Below, one piece after another: positions 41,506 through 64,000 of a DNA stretch of 64,000 nucleotides; the stretch's first letter is position 1, and each line of letters begins with the position of its first letter. Position numbers and translations under genes: made by a program. The stretch comes from Malacoraja senta (lineage: Eukaryota), in NCBI GenBank assembly GCA_038087875.1, contig CM075993.1, positions 9,922,001 to 9,986,000 on the forward strand, read 5' to 3'. Below the pieces are notes generated by a model that saw nothing but the letters and a program-made list of their open reading frames with translations, did not search any database and was not told the origin of the DNA.

Positions 41506-41664
41506 GTCCACAATGGGGTAAAGGAGACAGGAACCTAGCTTAGGGTTTTAAAAATCTAAAAAAGAAAGCAAGATCTACCTGAAATTGGAGATGTCAATGT
41601 TCATACTGCTGGCTCAAAGGGCCGAATGGCCTCCTCCTGCACCTATTTTCTGTTTCTATAACCA

Positions 41665-42130
41665 CAGCAGTCCTTCCAGGTGACAGAAGTTCACATGCAT
41701 CTCCTCCAACCTCATCTACAGCATCCAGTGTACCCAATGTGTGGCCTCCTGTACACTGGAGACCAAAGGTTGACCAGGCAATTGTTTTGCAGACAACTTG
41801 CACTCAGTCTGCTAGGCCTTCTGGATCTTCCAGTTGCCAACTATTTTACCTTCCCTTCCCCTACTGACCTTTGTGTCCTGGGCCTTTTCCATTGCCAAAG
41901 TGAGGCCACACACAAACTGGAGGAACATCATCATATTGCACTTGCTGGTGGTATAAATATTGAATTCTCCAATTTAGGTAACTCAGCTTCAACCACCCTT
42001 TCCCACTTTTTTCCTTTCCCACCTGGACTCGTACCCATTTCTCCACTTCATTTCACAGCTCTTCTATCCTTATTTCACACCCTTTGTCTTTTCATCTCTG
42101 GCCTTTATTGGCCCATCTGCTTATCAAAAT
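41665..42130 (+). mobile_element. Old Penelope GIY-YIG fragment
   Basis: CGLLYTG..., DLPVANYF, DLCVLGLFHCQSEATHKLEEHH, GINIEFSN resemble 17115-17550. Confidence 0.65.
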
Positions 42131-42288
42131 AAATGTTTTATCTTACAGGCTAATAGAAATATATTGAGTGTATATGAAGGAAAGAACTGCAGATGCTGGT
42201 TTAAATTGAAGATAGACACAAAATGCCAGAGTGACTCATCGGGACAGGCAGCATCTCTGGAGAGAAGGAATGGGTGATGTTTCAGTCT

Positions 42289-42424
42289 TCTTCTTGCGTA
42301 CGGCGTGCACAGCCTAAAGTTGTAGGACAACTTGTTCTATTTGATCTTACTTGATTGTGCACGCCAGGTTGATTGCATTCGTCGAAACAGGGCAGACCAT
42401 GTGAAGGTTGCAATCTTCCACCCC
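42289..42424 (-). mobile_element. 136-bp non-autonomous retroposon with 5' HDV-like ribozyme, 3' hairpin and (AAG)n tail
   Basis: TSD ATGTTTCAGTCT at 42277-42288 and 42425-42436; tail ...TACGCAAGAAGA; 10-bp inverted repeat 42302-42311/42356-42365. Confidence 0.8.
42371..42424 (-). ncRNA. HDV-like (CPEB3-type) self-cleaving ribozyme, 54 nt, minimal P4
   Basis: GGGGUGG-AA-GAUUGCA-ACC-UUCACAU-GGU-CUGCCCU-G-UUUCGA-CGAA-UGCAAUC = P1/P2/P3/L3/P1.1/P4/J4-2. Confidence 0.78.
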
Positions 42425-44102
42425 ATGTTTCAGTCTGAAGAAGGGTCTGGACCCAAAACGTCATCCATTCCTTCTCTCCAGAGATGCTGCCTGTCCCGCT
42501 GAGTTACTCCGGCATTTTGTGTCTCTTATATTAAATGAATAATGGGTTGAATATTTTCTTTTCTCCTTTCTGTCCCTTCCCCCAACATTTGCTCAGGAGC
42601 TAGCCCTTGATCCACTTCATTTGCCCAGCAATTTCACATATGCTATTTGTGGAAACAAAAGTATGCTCTGCCATGGTTATTTGTGGAATCAGCAACGCAG
42701 CTTTCAGATGAAAATGTAATGCACAGCTTCCAAATGCATGAAGAGATCTAACAAACATTCACAGTACAAGGGAAGTAACAATATAAGTAGTATTAAACAG
42801 TAATAAACATTAGTAATAGTAGTAATAAACATTTAAAAACTAAAGATCAAGAGGGCATTACAGGAAAAAAAGTGATGAAAATTAGCTCACCTATTTACCC
42901 AGTTGAATTTCCAATGTTTCTTTTGTATATATGCTTGACAATAAAGTTCAAATACAAATAAATCTGTCTAGTTGATATGCCTTGGTGTATGAACGTACAC
43001 TAAAGATGAATAATGGGGCGACTTTCATATTTTTTATCCAAACCAAACATGTTATCCATTGGTAAGGTCTGTGGCCTGAGACTTAACTTCCTCCACACGT
43101 GCTGTCCAACCTATGCAATTCAACAGCCATAATAGTTTGCTTTCATTTTAGATTTTCATTTACTGCATTAGAGTCAGAGTCATAGAGGATAGTGTGGAAA
43201 CAGGCCCTTGGGCCCAACTCACCCACACCGGCCAACAATGTCCCAGCTACCCTAGTCCCACTTGCCTGTGCTTGGTCCATAGCGTCAAGGGTTTAGATGG
43301 GGTGCAATTCCTCAAAAGTGTTCAGGAGAGTTTTCTTAAACAGTATGTGGAGGCCCCCACACGTGAGAGGGCAACGCAGGATCTAGCATTGGGAAATTGG
43401 GAAGGGCAAGTTAATCAAGTGTGTGTGTGGAGGAGCCTTTTGGGACCAGTGACCACAGTTCGATTAGGTTTAAGATAGTTATGGATCGGGACAGAGAGTG
43501 TCCACGTTTTAAAATGCTCAACTGGGGTAAGGCCAACTTTGAGGCTATGAGAGAAGGTCTCGCTCAAGTTGACTGGAGCAGGTTACTTGAGTGGAAAGGA
43601 ACGGCCAAGTGGAATAAATCAACCCTCCTTCCTCGCTCTCCGGCTTTTTGCCTAATCTGTCCATTAACCTTTCCCACACCACCCTCCATTCCAACTTCTA
43701 GCCTCTCCTGTGCCTCTGTCCTGCACAAGATCCCACTCCCCTGCCAATCTACTTTAAACCCTCCCGTGTAGCATTCGCAAACCTTCCCCATGTATAGTTT
43801 TGCATAAAGGTAACTGGTGCCGAACCATCCAGAGATACATATACACAAACCACCACTGACGACAGAACATTCCATTCAAACACTGCATATTTCCCAATAC
43901 CTTCTTTCTCCAACCCAGTTGTTCGTGTCCAGGATAACTGTGGCAGAACTGGTAAGAAATAACAATACCAAAACTAACTTTAAGTGGAACAGAAAAAAAG
44001 ACAAAATACTGAAATAGTTCAGTGGGTCAGGCAGTATCACTGGAGAACTTGAAGGCGCGATGTTTCGGATCGGGACCCTTCTTCAGACTCGAGGTGCAAC
44101 AT

Positions 44103-44265
44103 GTGTAGGAAGGAACTGCAGATGCTGATTTAAACCGAAGATAGACACAAAATGCTGGAGTAACTCAGTGGGACAGGCAGCATCTCTGGAGAGAAGAAAT
44201 GGGTGATGTTTCGGGTTGAGACCCTTTTTCAGACTTCAGTCACCGAAACGTCACCCATTCCTTCT
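44103..44265. repeat. Penelope-derived repeat with decayed hammerhead motifs (also 44058-44089, -)
   Basis: Common arm GGAACTGCAGATGCTG...GTTTCGGGTTGAGACCC. Confidence 0.75.
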
Positions 44266-45217
44266 CACTGTCGAAGTGCAAAATGTTGAGGAACTAATTT
44301 AGCCTCAGAATTGAAAATGTTAAAACACTGCTCGCATCACCACAATTGTACCCAGGATACTTCAAACTCAAGAGAAATGTTAACGACAACACATGTTTTA
44401 AATCTAAAAGCTGTATTTGCTTTGAAGCAGAGAATATCAATCTTCCTCTCAAAGATATACACATTACCAAATGTAAAAATCAGCACAATTTAGGAGGGCT
44501 TTAGAATATATTTTTTATAATACAAATATAATTAAGAGCAGCAATTTGTGCTTTTGATGAATACAGCTGAAATTTGGCTCATCACAAACAGCATTTTTAA
44601 TCAGAGCTAATTTAACAATCAGCAAGCTGATTTAAAAAATAACAAGATTATGCCTTACAGAACCATTTGTTTTATTTGGTGTACAAGTTTTAGTAATTTA
44701 AAAAGTATTAACAGGCCATGATTATTCGGCCTGGGGAAAGTAGGCCAGTTTTTTATCAACATTTATTTAAATAAAAAAGGTACTGCAAAAGATCAAGGAA
44801 ATTGATTGACACCACAATCCCACATTCATTAGCAGGATGGAAGCAAGTTGAGATTTGTACATTGAAAACAACCATTCAGGGAGATAACAAAATACAAGAA
44901 ACCATTTTGAGAACTGCTTTAATTAAGTAGAATGGAAGTAAATAATGAAATGATATGCACAATCTGCAGCAGCTTCCTATATAAAAATGATAATACTCTG
45001 GGTCAGGACAAAAATACTCAGTATCAATAATAAATAATCAGAATGCCACTAAAGACAGTACATTATAATATTTTACCAGAAGAAAATGTAAAATAGCAGG
45101 ACATTTAAATGGCATTCACAGCTTTTGTTTACATGGATGTGACAGACTGATTCTGTACAGCAGAGTTGATTTTGTAGGGTAATGAGAGTTGAATACTATA
45201 GCAAATATTGTGCTAAC

Positions 45218-58198
<12,981 letters not shown>

Positions 58199-58967
58199 CT
58201 GCAACACACATTCACATAGTATTGAGTACAGAGCTGTCAACTGAACTAATAAGCTTCAGATGCATATACATATACAGCTGTACGTAGAGGCATGGCCATG
58301 GCAGAGTTTTGACCATAGCTATAACAGTTTTGCACATATAAAATGTCAGAGCCAAACAACTTGAGTGCAATGAAGTATGTTTCTAAATTCATTCATTTGC
58401 CATTGGAAAGGCCTGCTTGTATTGAGTCTCCAACTGTCTGAATAGCAGCAGTGAATGACCTTGTCTGGTACAATCCTTGCAGCATAGATCCAGGATTTTG
58501 TCTCAGCAAGATGCCAACATGTCAATATATTTGAAAAACAGGATGGTGTGTGTAACAGAGGAGAAACTTGGCAGGTGGTGATCCCACTTCCCCATTACTC
58601 TGGCCTTTTAGGAAGGCAGAGGTCACATGTTTGGGACATGGTGCCAATTCACCTTTGGTTTCAGTTATTACTTACATACGGCCAACACAGTATTCCTCAT
58701 GTCTCCTGGATTGCAACTTTGGAGCTGCGTCAACAGGCAAGTGGTCAGTGTACATCACACTTTTAGTACAATCCTTGCAGGTGGTGATAAGACATCCCGG
58801 GACAACATTACCAAGTTAGCCTCAGCGCTTTGTTCTGCAGTTACCTCCAATGCAAAAGTAATTTGCTGATGATTGCTCAGAATTCAATTTCTCACACCTC
58901 GTAACGCATCAGTCACACCAAGCACCAATCACAGCTTGTTGCTGCATAGGATTGCAGGCGGATACAT

Positions 58968-59255
58968 TGGCAGCACAATGGTGCAGCTGGTAGAGCAGCT
59001 GCCTCACAGCGCCAGAGACCTGGGTGTGATCCTGACCTCGGCTGCTGTCTGTGTGGAGTTTGCAGGTTCTCCCTGTGACTGCATGAGTTTCCTCCGGGTG
59101 CTCCGATTTCCTCCCACATCCCAAAGACGTGCGGATTTGTAGGTTAACTGGCCTCTGTAAAGTGTAGGGAAAATGGAATATGGAACTAGTGTGAACAGGT
59201 GATCAATAGACTCGGTGGGCCAAAGGGCCTGTTTCCATGCTACAACTCTAAACTA
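58968..59255 (+). mobile_element. V-SINE
   Basis: tRNA head, V-domain and tail. Confidence 0.8.
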
Positions 59256-60574
59256 AAGTTAGGCTCAAACTAATTGACAAGAAATAATTATATTTCACAA
59301 CAGTCGGATACTGTCCTTTCTACAAAGAAGCACTCACCACCTCCCTAATGAATTTCCACTGTCCAATCTCTACCAATGAACCGGATGTATCAATGACTAG
59401 ATATTTAACAGCAAATATTTGCAGCGAATGGATCATGTACAGTCAGATGAGATTAGTTTGGCACAGACATTGTGGGCCGAAGAGCTGTTTTCCTGTGCGG
59501 TATTGTTCTCTGTTTTATGTTCTGTGAGTCACCCAAATACTGGGGCTCCAAGAGCATTTGAGAGGTGACTTTGCAGCAGGCAAGTCGCCTCAACTCTCAA
59601 ATGACATTTCCACCATCTGCAAGTCAACAACAGTAAAAAGCAAGTCCTTGCATCATCCAGGAAACAAACAGCCCACTCATTCATACCCTTACATGCCTCA
59701 ATCAAACCCCCAGATATCAACAAGACCCTTCCTAATCTAAGATGCACTTTGACAAGGAGGAGAAAGTGGACAATGTGAACTGGTATGTGGCCAAACCACC
59801 AAGACTTACCAACCCATCCAAGATAGACACACTTTGAAAATTCATTTTCAGGGGCTAGCATTGCCTGCTAGGCCAATATTCATTGCCCAGCTCTAATTGC
59901 CCTCAGGAACGTAGTTACAAGCCACTGTCTCAAATCCCTGCTGTCCTTCCAGTGAAGTGCTGTTAGGTCAGCAATGCCAGAATTTAGACCCAATGGTATA
60001 TTTCCAAGACCCAGATACTGTGTGATACTAGGTGGTGACATTCCCCTGCTTCTGCTGCCCTCGTCCTTTTAGTGTCAGACGTTGCAGTTTGGGAGGTGCT
60101 ATTAGAGTACCCTGGTGAGTAACTGGTGTATTTGTGGATGGTACACGTTGCAACCATTGTTTCAGCACTGCACATATTCTTCCTCCCAGTTTGAATGTCC
60201 TCTGGCTTCTCCAATTTTCTCCTTTATATAAACGTTGTGTAAGAGGTGAACTGTCTAATGTAAATTACCCCCTGTGCAGCTTGGCAGCTGAAAAGAAATG
60301 GGGGAAGAGGCCGGTATTTGATGGGCATAAAAGAATGGGCTACAGAGAAATAAGAGGGGAGTGGGATTGATGGGAACGGACCAGTGGTAGCTGGGATAGT
60401 CTCTATATGTGAGTGGCCTGTTTCATAGTAATCGACTCTGCTATTTATGCCCAGTTGGGCTTCAAACACCATGTGAGTAATTTCTGCAGTGGTGTCCTGT
60501 GGATAAGGTGACTGATCTCTGACAACCCTTCCTTTATACAAGTTATGACTATCAAGTCAAGACTGACTTTATGA

Positions 60575-60830
60575 TGGCAGAGGTACATCTGGTAGAGCTG
60601 CTGCCCCACAGCACCAGAGATCCTGATTCAATCCTGACCTCGGGTGCTGTCTGTGTGGAGTTTGCACCTTTACCATGACTGCAAGAGTTTCCTCTGGGTG
60701 CTCCGGTTTCCTCCCACATCCCAAAGACACGTGGATTTGTAGGTTAATTGGCCTCTGAATTGACCCTAATGTGTAGGGAGCAGATGAGAAAGTGGGATAA
60801 CACAGAACTAGTGTGAACGGGATGGCCGGT
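60575..60830 (+). mobile_element. V-SINE
   Basis: tRNA head and V-domain. Confidence 0.75.
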
Positions 60831-61569
60831 GTGCCAAAGGGCATGTTTGCATCCTCTCTCTCGAAACTACTTTGGAGCCTTCCCTCACAGTGGGAAATTT
60901 TGATCCCGCTGTGTGGGGATGTCTGTGTTAAAGACTTTCGTGTTCTGTGCTCTTCATTATTCGTATGGCTGTATGGCGACCACACATTTCACTGTACCAA
61001 TTGGTACACGTGACAAATAAATGTATCTTGTACTGGGATGTGTTCATTCTTTGATGCCCCCTGAATTCAGCTTTCCAAGGCCTGCATGTCACACCTGGTC
61101 AAACACTGCCTTGATGACATGGGCAATCAGTCTCACTTCACTCCCAAACTTCATCTCTTCAGTCCATGGCAAGACCAACACAGCAACAAGGTCTGGAATC
61201 CAATACTACTTACAAAACTAAAAAAAGGCAGCGAGTAGGTTAATCGTCAGTAGGTGCCATTTGAAGGGAACCGATCCAAAACATCACCTATCCGTGTTTT
61301 CCAGAGATGCTGCACGACCCGCTGAGACAAAGCCCTCCAGAACTGTGTCTTGTTTTGTAAACCAGCATCTGCAGTTCCTTGTGTCTCCACTTGACAGCAC
61401 TGTTGATACAGCTTTCATTGTTTTACTCACGATTGAGGTTAGAGTAATTTAATATCAATTAGTTAGAACAGATAATTGTTTGTGAACAAGCATTGTGAAT
61501 TTTCACACATTGCTCGGCATTGTAACTGTACTGGAAGAGGTGCAGTTGCTTCTGAAGAGTACAACTGTG

Positions 61570-61710
61570 AATAGACACAAAATGCTGAGTAACTCAGCGG
61601 GATAGGCAGCATGTCTGGAAAGAAGAAATGGGTGACGTTTCGGGTCGAGACCCTTCCTCAATCTGAAGAAGGGTCTCGACCCAAAACATCACCCATTCCT
61701 TCTCTCCAGA
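61570..61710. repeat. Penelope-derived palindromic repeat with back-to-back decayed hammerheads
   Basis: GACGTTTCGGGTCGAGACCCTTC...CTGAAGAAGGGTCTCGACCCAAAACATC. Confidence 0.8.
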
Positions 61711-61711
61711 T

Positions 61712-63612
61712 ATGTGGTTAAAGCGCACATTGTCAGATTTTAATAAAGGCCATTTTTATACATTTTGCTTTCACCATATAGAAATTACAGCAGTGTTTAT
61801 ACATAGCCCCCCCCCCCCCCCCCCCCCAATTTCAGGGCACCATAATGTTTGGGACACAGCAATGTCATGTAAATGAAAGTAGTCATGTTCAGTATTTTGT
61901 TGCATATCCTTTGCATGCAATGACTGCTTGAAGTCTGCGATTCATGGACATCACCAGTTGCTGTGTGTCTTCTCTGGTGATGCTCTGCCAGGCCTGTATT
62001 GCAGCCATCTTTAGCTTATGCTTGTTTTGGGGGCTAGTCCCCTTCAGTTTTCTCTTCAGCATATAAAAGGCATGCTCAATTGGGTTCAGATCAGCTGATT
62101 GACTTGGTCACAAGAATTCACCATTTTTTAGCTTTGGAAAAACTCCTTTGTTGCTTTAGCAGTATGTTTGGGATCATTGTCTTGCTGTAGAATGAACCGC
62201 CGGCCAATGAGTTTTGAGGCATTTGTTTGAACTTGAGCAGATAGGATGTGTCTATACACTTCAGAATTCATTATGCTACTACCATCAGCAGTTGTATCAT
62301 CAATGAAGATAAGTGAGCCAGTACCTTCAGCAACCATACATGCCCAGGCCATAACACCTCCACCACTGTGTTTCACAGATGAGGTGGCATTCTTAGATCT
62401 TGGGAGGTTCCTTCTCTCCTCCATACTTTGCTCTTGCCATCACTCTGATATAAGTTAATCTTCGTCTCATCTGTCCACAAGACCTTTTCCAGAACTGTGC
62501 TTGCTCTTTTAAGTAGTTCTTGGCAAACTGTAACCTGGCCATCCTATTTTTGTGGCTAACCAGTGGTTTGCATCTTGCAGTGTAGCCTCTGTATTTCTGT
62601 TCATGAAGTCTTCTGCGGACAGTGGTCATTGACAAATCCACACCCGACTCCCGAATAGTGTTTCTGATCTGTCGGACAGGTGTTTGGGGATCTTTCTTTA
62701 TTATAGAGAGAATTCTTCTGTCATCTTCAGTCTTCCTTGGCCTGCCAGTCCCTTTGCGATTAGCAAGCTCACCAGTGCTCTCTTTCTTCTTAATGATGTT
62801 CCAAATAGTTGATTTTGGTAAACCTGAAAGCCCTGTCCCACTGTACAAGTTCATTCCAAGAGCTCACCCGAGTTAAAAAAAAAATCAAACTCGTGGTAAG
62901 CACGGAGAATGAACGTAACGGGTACGTCGGAGCTCGGGGACGTCTCTTAGCGGCTCGTAACGCTAACGGCCGGTCCTCGGGAAGACTCGCTAACGACAGG
63001 TAAACACGGTAAGAGTCGTGAAGATGTTTCAACATGTTGAAAAATGTCCCCGAGAGCCCCGAGTACCGACGAGTGGCCATTACCGTAAATCTCTGAGTTC
63101 GAATCAGAGCAAACTCGGGAGAGCTCTTGGAATGAACTTGTACCGTGGGACAGGGCTTTGAGGTTTGGCTGATGTCTCTAACAGCTTTATTCTTGTTTCT
63201 CAGTCTCAAAATGCCTTCTTTGAGTTTCATTGGCACAACTTTGGTCCTCATGTTGATAAACAGCAATAAAAGTTTCCAAAGGTGATGGAAAGACTGGAGG
63301 AAAGACTTGGTGCTGAGAGCTCTCTTATACCTGCATTAAGGAGGCAATTAAACAAACCTGAACAATTACAAACACCCGTGAAGCCATGTGTCCCAAACAT
63401 TATGGTGCACTGAAATAGGGGGACTATGTATAAACACAGTTGTAATTTCTACATGGTGAAACCAACATGTATAAAAAATACCCTTTAATAAAATCTGACA
63501 ATGTGCACTTTAACCACATGTGATTTTTTTCTATTACAAATCTCAAATTGTGGAGTACTGAGGCAAATAAATAAATGATGGATCTTTGTCCCAAACATTA
63601 TGGAGGGCACTG
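61712..63612 (-). mobile_element. Tc1-family transposon (IR/DR type) with defective transposase
   Basis: ORFs 62393..62854 (HTH, GRPRK, TVRRRL) and 62128..62424 (VKHSGGGVMAW, QQDNDPKH); terminus TA-CAGTGCCCTCC at 63614-63602; long inverted repeats. Confidence 0.9.
62828..63158. mobile_element. PIF/Harbinger-like MITE nested in the Tc1 transposase gene
   Basis: TIR of about 46 bp AAGCCCTGTCCCAC... / ...GTGGGACAGGGCTT; 3-bp TSD TGA at 62825-62827 and 63159-63161. Confidence 0.8.
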
Positions 63613-64000
63613 TAGATCAGCCACAATCAAATCTCAGAGCAGACTCGATGGGCAGAATGGCCTCATTGTGCTCCTGTGTCTTATGAATATGTTTGCAAAC
63701 CAGGCAAAGGGCAGTAAACAATATCATAAGATAAGAGGAGTCACTTTTTGGCACCCATTTGCAGAGCAAATGGGGCAATTGGTTTCTAAGCACAGGAATA
63801 AAAGTCCCAGCTGTCAACCAGATGGAGGCAATTCCAACCGAGATAAAACAAGGATCGGACTGTAGAGAAAAGTGGGTGACTGTCAAATTAATGCAAAAGT
63901 GTAAAAGCCACATGTACACATGTAATGTGAATACTCTAAAACGCTACAAGTGTTTTACGTCAGTGAAGCACTTTGGATTCTTTATGATTCCCTGTACATA

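Larger units (their letters stand above)
42175..42525. repeat. Penelope-derived palindromic repeat interrupted at its centre by the HDV-ribozyme element
   Basis: Left arm 42175-42288, right arm 42425-42525 with hammerhead remnant CTGAAGAAGGGTCTGGACCCAAAACGTC. Confidence 0.8.

Noticed and set aside
58860..58960. TGATGA as a possible intronic C/D snoRNA
   Set aside because: No convincing terminal stem, D box spacing or guide complementarity seen.
58199..64000. Further IDH3A exons
   Set aside because: No match found to the expected upstream peptide ending VHKANIM; presumed beyond the window.

Overview
Eukaryotic genomic DNA, very probably from a cartilaginous fish (skate/ray-like, judged from HE1-like V-SINEs, HER1/CR1 LINEs and abundant Penelope-derived repeats). 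It holds three spliced genes in the same order and relative orientation as human 15q25. WDR61/SKIC8 (+) has 10 coding exons, 10493-25950, giving 305 aa. DNAJA4 (-) has 7 coding exons, 38307-29505, a heat-shock-element promoter and a 1-nt deletion in the HPD codons. IDH3A (-) is represented by its last five exons, 58198-45218. ACSBG1, which lies between IDH3A and DNAJA4 in human, is not seen. The rest is densely nested transposable elements: CR1, L2, Rex1/Babar, Tx1, Penelope, V-SINEs, Tc1, hAT-like, Harbinger-like and TA-TSD MITEs. Most notable are two predicted catalytic-RNA systems. (1) A 136-bp retroposon (42289-42424, -) with a 12-bp TSD whose first 54 nt fold as a CPEB3-like HDV ribozyme with a minimal P4. 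(2) A family of about 20 intact-to-decayed minimal hammerhead motifs carried by Penelope-derived, often palindromic repeats, into one of which the HDV element inserted. All calls are by eye; TE family names and fragment boundaries are approximate and ribozyme activity is untested.
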